This document shows positions 29,125-41,345 of a stretch of 64,000 nucleotides of DNA, one piece after another (positions within the stretch are counted from its first letter, which is position 1; each line of letters starts with the position of its first letter). Both the position numbers and the translations under genes were made by a program. Source of the stretch: Eledone cirrhosa (taxonomy: Eukaryota); assembly GCA_964016885.1 (NCBI GenBank), contig OZ024744.1:12400001-12464000 (forward strand), read 5' to 3'. The notes beneath the pieces were generated by a model. It was not told the origin of the DNA, did no database searches, and worked only from the letters and a program-made list of their open reading frames with translations.

Positions 29125-32100
29125 TGACATGACAGTAGTGTAGGTGGTAGTAGTGGTGACATGACAGTAGGGTAGGTGGGAGTAGTGGTGACATGACAGT
29201 AGTGTAGGTGGTAGTAGGGTGACAAAACAGTTGTGTAGGTGGTAGTAGTTGTGTCATGACGATAGTGTAGGTGGTAGTAGTGGTCAAATGACAGTAGCAT
29301 AGGTGGTAGTAGTGGTGACATCACAGTAGTGTAGGTAGTAGTGGTGGCAAAACTGTAGTGTAAGTGGTTGTAGTGGTGACATGACAGTAGTGTAGGTGGT
29401 AGTAGTGGTAACATAACAATAGTGTACGTGGTAGTAGTGGTGACATGACAGTAGTGTAGGTGGTAGTAGGTTGACATGACAGTAGTGTAGGTGGTAGTAG
29501 TGGTGACATGACAGTAGTGTAGGTGGTAGTAGTGGTGACATAACAGTAGTGTAGGTGGTAGTTTTTGTGACATGACAGTAGTGTAGGTGGTAGTAGTGGT
29601 ATCATGACAGTAGTGTAGGTGGAAGTAGTGGTGTGATAACGGTAGTGTCGGTGGTAGTGGTGGTGTCATGAGAGTAGTTTAGGGGTTAGTAGAGGTGACA
29701 TGACAGTGGTGTAGGTGGTATTAGTTGTATCATGACAGTAGTGTAGGTGGTAGTAGTGGTGACATGTCAGTAGTATAGGTGATAGTAGTGATTACATGAC
29801 AGTAGTGTAGGTGGTAGTACTGGTGACATGACAGTAGTGTAGGTGATAGTAGTGATATCATGACAGTAGTGTAGGTGGTAGTAGGGTGACATGTCAGTAG
29901 TGTAGGTGGTAGTAGTGGTGGCATGACAGTAGTGTAAGTGGTTGTAGGGGTGACATGACAGTAGTGTAGGTGGTAGTAGTGGTGACATAACAGTAGTGTA
30001 GGTGGTAGTAGTGGTGTCATGACAATAGTGTAGGTGGTAGTAGTGGTGAAATGACAGTAGTATAGGTGGTAGTAGCGGTGACATCACAGTAGTGTAGATG
30101 GTAGTAAGGTGACATGACAGTAGTGTAGGTGGTAGTAGTGGTGTCATGACAGTAGTGTAGGTGGTAGTAGTGGTGACATAAGAGATGTGGAGGTGGTAGT
30201 AATGGTGACATGACAGTAGTGTAGGTGGTAGTACGGTGACATAACAGTTGTGTAGGTGGTAGTAGTGGTGTCATGACAATAGTGTAGGTGGTAGTAGTGG
30301 TGAAATGACAGTAGTGTAGGTGGTAGTAGTGGTGGCATGACAGTAGTGTAAGTGGTTGTAGAGGTGACATGACAGTGGTGTAGGTGGTAGTAGTGATGAC
30401 ATGACCGTAGTGTAGGTGGTAGTAGTGGTGACATGACAGTAGTGTAGGTGGTAGTAGGGTGACATGACAGTTGTGTAGGTGGTAGTAGTGGGGTCATGAC
30501 AATAGTGTAGGTGGCAGTAGTGGTGAATTGACAGTAGTATAGGTGGTAGTAGTGGTGACACCACAGTAGTGTAGGTAGTAGTGGTGGCAAAGCAGTAGTG
30601 TAAGTGGTTGTAGTGCTGACATGACAGTAGTGTAGGTGGTAGTAGTGGTGACATGACAGTAGGGTAGGTGGGAGTAGTGGTGACATGACAGTAGTGTAGG
30701 TGGTAGTAGGGTGACAAAACAGTTGTGTAGGTGGTAGTAGTTGTGTCATGACGATAGTGTAGGTGGTAGTAGTGGTCAAATGACAGTAGCATAGGTGGTA
30801 GTAGTGGTGACATCACAGTAGTGTAGGTAGTAGTGGTGGCAAAACTGTAGTGTAAGTGGTTGTAGTGGTGACATGACAGTAGTGTAGGTGGTAGTAGTGG
30901 TAACATAACAATAGTGTACGTGGTAGTAGTGGTGACATGACAGTAGTGTAGGTGGTAGTAGGGTGACATGACAGTAGTGTAGGTGGTAGTAGTGGTGACA
31001 TGACAGTAGTGTAGGTGGTAGTAGTGGTGACATAACAGTAGTGTAGGTGGTAGTTTTTGTGACATGACAGTAGTGTAGGTGGTAGTAGTGGTATCATGAC
31101 AGTAGTGTAGGTGGAAGTAGTGGTGTGATAACGGTAGTGTCGGTGGTAGTGGTGGTGTCATGAGAGTAGTTTAGGGGTTAGTAGAGGTGACATGACAGTG
31201 GTGTAGGTGGTATTAGTTGTATCATGACAGTAGTGTAGGTGGTAGTAGTGGTGACATGTCAGTAGTATAGGTGATAGTAGTGATTACATGACAGTAGTGT
31301 AGGTGGTAGTACTGGTGACATGACAGTAGTGTAGGTGATAGTAGTGATATCATGACAGTAGTGTAGGTGGTAGTAGGGTGACATGTCAGTAGTGTAGGTG
31401 GTAGTAGTGGTGGCATGACAGTAGTGTAAGTGGTTGTAGGGGTGACATGACAGTAGTGTAGGTGGTAGTAGTGGTGACATAACAGTAGTGTAGGTGGTAG
31501 TAGTGGTGTCATGACAATAGTGTAGGTGGTAGTAGTGGTGAAATGACAGTAGTATAGGTGGTAGTAGTGGTGACATCACAGTAGTGTAGATGGTAGTAAG
31601 GTGACATGACAGTAGTGTAGGTGGTAGTAGTGGTGTCATGACAGTAGTGTAGGTGGTAGTAGTGGTGACATAAGAGATGTGGAGGTGGTAGTAATGGTGA
31701 CATGACAGTAGTGTAGGTGGTAGTACGGTGACATAACAGTTGTGTAGGTGGTAGTAGTGGTGTCATGACAATAGTGTAGGTGGTAGTAGTGGTGAAATGA
31801 CAGTAGTGTAGGTGGTAGTAGTGGTGGCATGACAGTAGTGTAAGTGGTTGTAGAGGTGACATGACAGTGGTGTAGGTGGTAGTAGTGGTGACATGACAGT
31901 AGTGTAGGTGGTAGTAGTGGTGACATGACAGTAGTGTAGGTGGTAGTAGGGTGACATGACAGTTGTGTAGGTGGTAGTAGTGGGGTCATGACAATAGTGT
32001 AGGTGGCAGTAGTGGTGAATTGACAGTAGTATAGGTGGTAGTAGTGGTGACACCACAGTAGTGTAGGTAGTAGTGGTGGCAAAGCAGTAGTGTAAGTGGT

Positions 32101-32150
32101 TGTAGTGCTGACATGACAGTAGTGTAGGTGGTAGTAGTGGTGACATGACA
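29125..32150 (+). repeat. Recent tandem duplication of a 1492-bp (47-monomer) unit
   Basis: Private variants pair at exactly 1492: gacaaaac 29221/30713, agagatgt 30181/31673, ggcaaagc 30586/32078. Only a handful of mismatches separate the copies. Confidence 0.92.
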
Positions 32151-35100
32151 GTAGTGTAGGTGGTAGTAGTGGTGACATGACAGTAGTGTTGGTGGAAGTA
32201 GTGGTGACATAACAGTAGTGTAGGTGGTAGTAGTGGTATCATGACAGTAGTGTAGGTGGAAGTAGTGGTGTGATAACAGTAGTGTCGGTGGTAGTAGTGG
32301 TGTCATGAGAGTAGTTTAGGAGGTAGTAGAGGTGACATGACAGTAGGGTAGGTGGTAGTAGGGTGACATGACAGTAGTGTAGGTGGTAGTAGTGGTGTCA
32401 GGACAATAGTGTAGGTGGTAGTAGTGGTGACATGACAGTAGTGTAGGTGGTAGTAGTGGTGACATGACAGTGGTGTAGGTGGTAGTAGTGGTGACATGAC
32501 AATAGTGTAGGTGGTAGTAGTGGTGACCTGACAGTAGTGTAGGTGGGAGTAGTGGTGACATGACAGTAGTGTAGGTGGTAGTAGGGTGACATAACTGTTG
32601 TGTAGGTGGTAGTAGTTGTGTCATGACAATAGTGTAGGTGGTAGTAGTGGTCAAATGACAGTAGTATAGGTGGTAGTAGTGGTGACATCACAGTAGTGTA
32701 GGTAGTAGTGGTGGGAAAACAGTAGTGTAAGTGGTTGTAGTGGTGACATGACAGTAGTGTAGGTGGTAGTAGTGGTGACATAACAATAGTGTAGGTGGTA
32801 GTAGTGGTGACATGACAGTAGTGTAGGTGGTAGTAGGGTGACATGACAGTAGTGTAAGTGGTTGTAGTGGTGACATGACAGTAGTGTAGGTGGTAGTAGT
32901 GGTGACATAACAGTAGTGTAGGTGGTAGTTGTTGTGACATGACAGTAGTGTAGGTTGTAGTAGTGTAGGTGGAAGTAGTGGTGTGATTACAGTAGTGTCG
33001 GTGGTAGTGGTGGTGTCATGAGAGTAGTTTAGGGGTTAGTAGAGGTGACATGACAGTGGTGTAGGTGGTATTAGTTGTATCATGACAGTAGTGTAGGTGG
33101 TAGTAGTGGTGACATGACAGTAGTATAGGTGATAGTAGTGGTGGCATGACAGTAGTGTAAGTGGTTGTAGTGGTGACATGACAGTTGTGTAGGTGGTAGT
33201 AGTGGTGACATAACAGTAGTGTAGGTGGTAGTAGTGGTGTCATGACAATAGTGTAGGTGGTAGTAGTGGTGAATTGACAGTAGTATAGGTGGTAGTAGTG
33301 ATGACATCACAGAAGTGTAGATGGTAGTAAGGTGACATGACAGTAGTGTAGGTGGTAGTAGTGGTGTCATGACAGTAGTGTAGGTGGTAGTAGTGGTGAC
33401 ATAACAGATGTGTAGGTGGTAGTAGCGGTGACATGACAGTAGTGTAGGTGGTAGTAGTGGTGACATGACAGTAGTGTAGGTGGTAGTACGGTGACATAAC
33501 AGTAGTGTAGGTGGTAGTAGTGGTGTCATGACAATAGTGTAGGTGGTAGTAGTGGTGAAATGACAGTAGTGTAGGTGGTAGTAGTGGTGGCATGACAGTA
33601 GTGTAAGTGGTTGTAGAGGTGACATGACAGTGGTGTAGTTGGTAGTAGTTGTGACATGACAGTAGTGTAGGTGGTAGTAGTGGTGACATGACAGTAGTGT
33701 ACGTGGTAGTAGGGTGACATGACAGTTGTGTAGGTGGTAGTAGTGGGGTCATGACAATAGTGTAGGTGGCAGTAGTGGTGAAATGACAGTAGTATAGGTG
33801 GTAGTAGTGGTGACATCACAGTAGTGTAGGTAGTAGTGGTGGCAAAACAGTAGTGTAAGTGGTTGTAGTGGTGACATCACAGTAGTGTATGTGGTAGTAG
33901 TGGTGACATGACAGTAGTGTAGGTGGTAGTAGTGGTGACATAACAGTAGTGTAGGTGGTAGTAGTGGTATCATGACAGTAGTGTAGGTGGAAGTAGTGGT
34001 GTGATAACAGTAGTGTCGGTGGTAGTAGTGGTGTCATGAGAGTAGTTTAGAGGGTAGTAGAGGTGACATGACAGTGATGTAGGTGGTATTAGTTGTATCA
34101 TGACAGTAGTGTAGGTGGTAATGGTGGTGACATGACAGTAGTATAGGTGATAGTAGTGGTATCATGACAGTAGTGGAGGTGGTAGTAGGGTGAAATATCA
34201 GTAGTGTAGGTGGTAGTAGTGGTGGCATGACAGTAGTGTAAGTGGTTGTAGTGGTGACATGACAGTAGTGTAGGTGGTAGTAGTGGTGACATAACAGTAG
34301 TGTAGGTGGTAGTGGTGGTGTCATGACAATAGTGTAGGTGTTAGTAGTGGTGAAATGACAGTAGTATAGGTGGTAGTAGTGGTGACATCACGGTAGTGTC
34401 GATGGTAGTAAGGTGACATGACAGTAGTGTAGTGGTGACACACAGTAGTGTAGATGGTAGTAAGGTGACATCACAGTAGTGTACGTGGTAGTAAGGTGAC
34501 ATGACAGTAGTATAGGTGGTAGTAGTGGTGACATGACAGTAGTGTAGGTGGTAGTAGTGGTGACATGACAGTAGTGTAGGTGGTAGTAGGGTGACATGAC
34601 AGTGGTGTAGGTGGTAGTAGTGGTGTCATGACAATAGTGTAGGTGGTAGTAGTGGTGAAATTACAGTAGTATAGGTGGTAGTAGTGGTGACATCACAATA
34701 GTGTAGGTAGTAGTGGTGGCAAAACAGTAGTGTAAGTGGTTGTAGTGGTGACATGACAGTAATGTAGGTGGTAGTAGTGGTGACATAACAGTAGTGTAGG
34801 TGGTAGTAGTGGTGACATGACAGTAGTGTAGGTGGTAGTAGTGGTATCATGACAGTAGTGTAGGTGGAAGTAGTGATGTGATAACAGTAGTGTAGGTGGT
34901 AGAAGTGGTGTCATGACAGTAATGTAGGTGGTAGTAGTGGTGACATAACAGTAGTGTAGGTGGTAGTAGAGGTGACAAGACAGTGGTGTAGGTGGAAGTA
35001 GTGGTGTCATGACAATAGTGTAGGTGGTGGTAGTGGTGACATGACAATAGTGTAGGTGTTAGTAGTGGTGACATGACAGTAGTGTAGGTGGTAGTAGTGG

Positions 35101-38100
35101 TGTCATGACAGTAGTGTAGGTGGTAGTAGTGGTGTCATGACAATAGTGTAGGTGTTAGTAGTCGTGACATGACAGTAGTGTAGGTGGTAGTAGTGGTGAC
35201 ATGACAGTAGTGTAGGTGGTAGTAGTGATGACATAACAATAGTGTAGGTAGTAGTAGTGGTGATATAAAAGTAGTGTAGGTGGTAGTAGTGGTGACAGGT
35301 CAGTAGTGTAGGTGGTAGTAGTGGTGATATAACAGAAGTGTAGGCGGTAGTAGTGGTATCATGACATTAGTGTAGGTAGTAGTAGCGGTGACATAACAGT
35401 AGTGTACGTGGTAGTAGTGGTGTCATGACAGTAGTGTAGGTGGTAGTAGTGGTGACATAACAGTAGTGTAGGTGTTAGTAGTGTTTACATGACAGTAGTG
35501 TAGGTGGTAGTAGTGGTGACATGACAGTAGTGTAGGTGGAAGTAGTGGTGTGATAACAGTAGTGTAGGTGGTAGTAGTGGTGTCATGACAGTAGTGTAGG
35601 TGATAGTAGTGTTCACATGACAGTAATGTAGGTGGTAAAGGTGGTGACATGACAGTAGTGTAGGTGGTAGTAGTGGTGACATGACAGTAGTGTAGGTGGT
35701 AGTAGTGGTCACCTGACAGTAGTGTAGGTGGTAGTAGTGGTGACATGACAGTAATGTAGGTGGTAGTAGTGGTATCATGACAGTAGTGTAGGTGGTAGTA
35801 GTGGTGTCATGACAGAAGTGGAGGTGGTAGTATGGTGACATGAGAGTAGTGTAGGTGGTAGTAGTGTTATCATGACAGTAGTGTAGGTATTAGTAGTGGT
35901 GATATAACAGTAGTGTAGGTGGTAGTAGTGGTGACATGACAGTGGTGTAGGTGGTAGTAGTGGTGTCATGACCGTAGTGTAGGTGGTAGTAGTGGTGACA
36001 TGACAGTAGTGTAGGTGGTAGTAGTGGTGTCATGACAGTAGTGTAGGTGGTAGTAGTGGTGACATGACAGTAGTGTAGGTTGTAGTAGTGGTGACATGAC
36101 AGTAGTGTAGGTGGTAGTAGTGGTGTGATAACAGTAGTGTAGGTGGTAGTAGTGGTGACATGACAGTAGTGTAGGTGGGAGTAGTGGTGACATGACGGTA
36201 ATGTAGGTGGTAGTAGGGTGACATGACAGTAGTGTAGGTGGTAGTAGTGGTGACATGACTGTAGTGTAGGTGGCAGTAGTGGTGACATGACAGTAGTGTA
36301 GGTGGTAGTAGTGGTGACATGACAGTAGTGTAGGTGGGAGTAGTGGTGACATGACGGTAATGTAGGTGGTAGTAGGGTGACATGACAGTAGTGTAGGTGG
36401 TAATAGTGGTGACATGACAGTAGTGTAGGTGGTAGTAATGGTGACATGACAGTAGTGTAGGTGGAAGTAGTGGTGACATGACAGTAGTGTAGGTGGTAGT
36501 AGTGGTGACATGATAGTAGTGTAGGTGGTAGTAGTGGTGTGATAACAGTAGTGTAGGTGGTAGTAGGGTGACATGACGATAGTGTAGGTGGTAGTAGGGT
36601 GACATGACAGTAGTGTAAGTGGTGTCATGACAATAGTGTAGGTGGTAGTAGTGGTCCCATGACAGTAGTGTAGGTGGTAGTAGTGGTGACATGTCAGTAG
36701 TGTAGGTGGTAGTACTGGTATCATGACAGTAGTGTAGGTAGTAGTAGTGGTGACATAACAGTAGTGTAGGTGGTAGTAGTGGTGACATGACAGTGGTGTA
36801 GGTGGTAGTAGTGGTGACATGACAGTAGTGTAGGTGGTAGTAGTGGTGACATGAGAGTAGTGTAGGTGGTAGTAGTGGTGACATGACAGTAGTGTAGGTG
36901 GAAGTAGTGGTATGATAACAGTAGTGTAGGTGGTAGTAGTGGTGTCATGACAGTAGTGAAGGTGGTAGTAGTGGTGATATGACAGTGGTGTAGGTGGTAG
37001 TAGTGGTGACATGACAATAGTGTAGGTGGTAGTAGTGGTGACATAACAGTAGTGTAGGTGGGAGTAGTGGTGACATGACAGTAGTGTAGGTGGTAGTAGG
37101 GTGACATGACAGTTGTGTAGGTCGTAGTAGTGGTGTCATGACAATAGTGTAGGTGGTAGTAGTGGTAAAATGACAGTAGTATAGGTGGTAGTAGTTGTGA
37201 CATCACAGTAGTGTAGGTAGTAGTGGTGGCAAAACAGTAGTGTAAGTGGTTGTAGTGGTGACATGACAGTAGTGTAGGTGGTAGTAGTGGTGACATAACA
37301 GTAGTGTAGTTCGTAGTAGTGGTGACATGACAGTAGTGTAGGTGGTAGTAGTGGTGACATGACAGTAATGTAAGTGGTAGTAGTGGTGTGATAACAGTAG
37401 TGTAGGTGGTAGTAGTGGTGTCATGACAGTAGTTTAGGTGGTAGTAGAGGTGACATGACAGTGGTGTAGGTGGTAGTAGTGGTGTCATGACAATAGTCTA
37501 GGTGGTGGTAGTGGTGACATGACCGTAGTGTAGGTGGTAGTAGTGGTGACATGACAGTAGGGTAGGAGGTAGTAGGATGACATGACAGGAGTGCAGGTGG
37601 TAGTAGTGGTGTCATGACAAAGGTGTAGGTGGTAGTAGTGGTGACATGACAGTAGTGTAGGTGGTAGTAGTGGTGACATAACAATAGTGTAGGTAGTAGT
37701 AGTGTTGATATAAAAGTAGTGTAGGTTGTAGTAGTGGTGACAAGTCAGTAGTGTAGGTGGTAGTAGTGGTGACATAACAGAAGTGTAGGTGGTAGTAGTA
37801 GTGTCATGACAGTAGTGTAGGGGGTAGTAGCGGTGTCATGGCAGTAGTGTAGGTGGTAGTAGCGGTGTCATGGCAGTAGTGTAGGTGGTAGTAGTGGTGA
37901 CATGACAGTAGTGTAGGTGGTAGTAGTGGTATCATGACAGTAGTGTAGTTAGTAGTAGTGGTGACATAACAGTAGTGTAGGTGGTAGTAGTGGTGTCATG
38001 ACAGTAGTGTAGGTGGTAGTAGTGGTGACATAACAGTAGTGTAGGTGTTAGTAGTGTTTACATGACAGTAGTTTAGGTGGTAGTAGTCGTGACATGACAG

Positions 38101-41100
38101 TAATGTAGGTGGTAAAGGTGGTGACATGACAGTAGTGTAGGTGGTAGTATTGGTGACATGACAGTAGTGTAGGTGGTAGTACGGTGACATGACAGTAGTG
38201 TAGGTGGTAGTAGTGGTGTCATGACAATAGTGTAGGTGGTAGTAGAGGTGTCATGACAGAAGTGTAGGTGGTAGTAGTGGTGACATGACAGTAGTGTAGC
38301 TGGTAGTAGTGTTATCATGACAGTAGTGTAGGTAGTAGTAGTGGTGACATAACAGTAGTGTAGGTGGTAATAGTGGTGACATGACAGTGGTGTAGGTGGT
38401 AGTAGTGGTGACATGACCGTAGTGTAGGTGGTAGTAGTGGTGACATGTCAGTAGTGTAGGTGGTAGTAGTGGTGTCATGACAGTAGTGTAGGTGGTAGTA
38501 GTGGTAACATGACAGTAGTGTAGGTGGTAGTAGTGGTGACATGACAGTAGTGTAGGTGGTAGTAGTGGTGTGATAACAGTAGTGTAGGTGGTAGTAGTGG
38601 TGACATGACAGTAGTGTAGGTGGGAGTAGTGGTGGCATGACAGTAGTGTAGGTGATAGTAGAGTGACATGACAGTAGTGTAGGTGGTAGTAGTGGTGACA
38701 TGACAGTAGTGTAGGTGGTAGTAGTGGTGACATGACAGTAGTGTATGTGGTAGTAGTGGTGTCATGACAGTAGTGTAGGTGGTAGTAGTGGTGTGATAAC
38801 AGTAGTGTAGGTGGTAGTAGTGGTGACATGACAGTAGTGTAGGTGGGAGTAGTGGTGGCATGACAGTAGTGTAGGTGGTAGTAGAGTGACATGACAGTAG
38901 TGTAGGTCGTAGTAGTGGTGACATGACAGTAGTGTAGGTGGTAGTAGTGGTGACATGACAGTAGTGTATGTGGGAGTAGTGGTGGCATGACAGTAGTGTA
39001 GGTGGTAGTAGAGTGACATGACAGTAGTGTAGGTGGTAGTAGTGGTGACATGACAGTAGTGTAGGTGGTAGTAGGGTGACATGACAATAGTGTAGGTGGT
39101 AGTAGTGGTGTCATGACAGTAGTGTAGGTGGTAGTAGTGGTGACATGACAGTAGTGTAGGTGGGAGTAGTGGTGACATGACAGTAGTGTATGTGGAAGTA
39201 GGGTGACATGACAGTTGTGTAGGTGGTAGTAGTGGTGACATAACAGTAGTGTAGGTGGTAGTAGTGGTGTCATAACAATAGTGTAGGTGGTGGTAGTGGT
39301 GACATGACAGTAGTGTAGGTGGTAGTAGTGGTGACATGACAGTAGTGTAGGTGGTAGTAAGGTGACATGACAGTAGTGTAGGTGGTAGTAGGGTGACATG
39401 ACAGTAGTGTAGGTGGTAGTAGTGGTGTCATGACAGTAGTGTAGGTGGTAGTAGAGGTGACATGACAGTAGTGTAGGTGGTAGTAGTGGTGTCATGACAG
39501 TAGTGTAGGTGGTAGTAGTGGTGACATGACAGTAGTGTAGGTGGTAGTAGTGGTGACATGACCGTAGTGTAAGTGGTAGTAGTGGTGACATGACAGTAGT
39601 GTAGGTGGTAGTAGTGGTGGCATGACAGTAGTGTAAGTGGTTGTAGTGGTGACATGACAGTGGTGTAGGTGGTAGTAGTGGTTACATGACAGTAGTGTAG
39701 GTAGTAGTAGTGGTGACATGACAGTAGTGTAGGTGGTAGTAGGGTGACATGACAGTGGTGTAGGTGGTAGTAGTGGTGACATGACAATAGTGTAGGTGGT
39801 AGTAGTGGTGACATGACAGTAGTGTAGGTGAGAGTAGTGGTGACATGACAGTAGTGTAGGTGGTAGTAGGGTGGCATGACAGTTGTGTAGGTGGTAGTAA
39901 TGGTGTCATGACAATAGTGTAGGTGGTAGTAGTGGTGAAATGACAGTAGTATAGGTGGTAGAAGTGGCGACATCACAGTAGTGTAGGTAGTAGTGGTGGC
40001 AAAACAGTAGTGTAAGTGGTTGTAGTGGTGACATGACAGTAGTGTAGGTGGTAGTAGTGGTGACATAACAGTAGTGTAGGTGGTAGTAGTGGTGACATGA
40101 CAGTAGTGTAGGTGGTAGTAGTGGTATCATGACAGTAGTGTAGGTGAAAGTAGTGATGTGAAAACAGTAGTGTAGGTGGTAGTAGTGGTGTCATGACAGT
40201 GGTGTAGGTGGAAGTAGTGGTGTCATGACAATAGTGTAGGTGGTGTTAGTGGTGACATGACAGTAGTGTAGGTGGTAGTAGTGGTGACATGACAGTAGGG
40301 TAGGTGGTAGTATTGGTGACATGACAGTAGTGTAGGTGGTAGTAGGATGACATGACAGTAGTATAGGTGGTAGTAGTGGTATCATGAAGGTAGTGTAGGT
40401 AGTAGTAGTGGTGACATAACAGTAGTGTAGGTGGTAGTAGTGGTGACATGACAGTGGTGTAGGTGGTAGTAATGGTGACATGACCGTAGTGTAGGTGGTA
40501 GTAGTGGTGACATGACAGTAGTGTAGGTGGTAGTAGTGGTCTCATGACAGTAGTGTAGGTGGTAGTAGTGGTGATATGACAGTGGTGTAGGTGGTAGTAG
40601 TGGTGACATGACCGTAGTGTAAGTGGTAGTAGTGGTGACATGACAGTAGTGTAGGTGGTAGTAGTAGTGTCATGACAGTTGTGTAGGTGTTAGTAGTGGT
40701 GACATGACAGTAGTGTAGGTGGTAGTAGTGGTGACATGACAGTAGTGCAGGTGGTAGTAGTGGTGACATGACAATAGTGCAGGTGGTAATAGTGGTGACA
40801 TGACAGTAGTGTAGGTGGTAGTAGTGGTGTCATGACAGTAGTGTAGGTAGTAGTAGCGGTGACATAACAGTAGTGTAGGTGGTAGTAGTGGTGTCATGAC
40901 AATAGTGTAGGTGGTAGTAGTGGTGTCATGACAATAGTGTAGGTGGTGGTATTGGTGACATGACAGTAGTGTAGGTGGTAGTAGTGGTGACATGACAGTA
41001 GGGTAGGTGGTAGTTGGGTGACATGACAGTAGTCTAGGTGGTAGTAGTGGTGTCATGACAAAAGTGTAGGTGGTAGTAGTGGTGACATGACATTAGTATA

Positions 41101-41345
41101 GGTGGTAGTAATGGTGACATAACAATAGTGTAGGTAGTAGTAGTGGTGATATAAAAGTAGTGTAGGTGGTAGTAATGGTGACATAATAGAAGTGTAGGTG
41201 GTAGTAGTGGTATCATGACAGTAGTGTAGGTAGTAGTAGCGGTGACATAACAGTAGTGTAGGTGGTAGTAGTGGTGTCATGATAGTAGTGTAGGTGGTAG
41301 TATTGGTGACATAACAGTAGTGTAGGTGTTAGTAGTGTTTACATG

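Noticed and set aside
7068-33040. True telomeric (TTAGGG)n or (TTAGG)n tract
   Set aside because: The motifs occur as isolated single copies created by point substitutions within monomers, never as tandem runs.
38251-39591. Selenoprotein or UGA-recoded giant ORF (TGA replaces a Cys codon)
   Set aside because: The same allele falls in all three frames, TAA stops also occur (from the gtttagg variant), and no SECIS-like unique sequence is visible.
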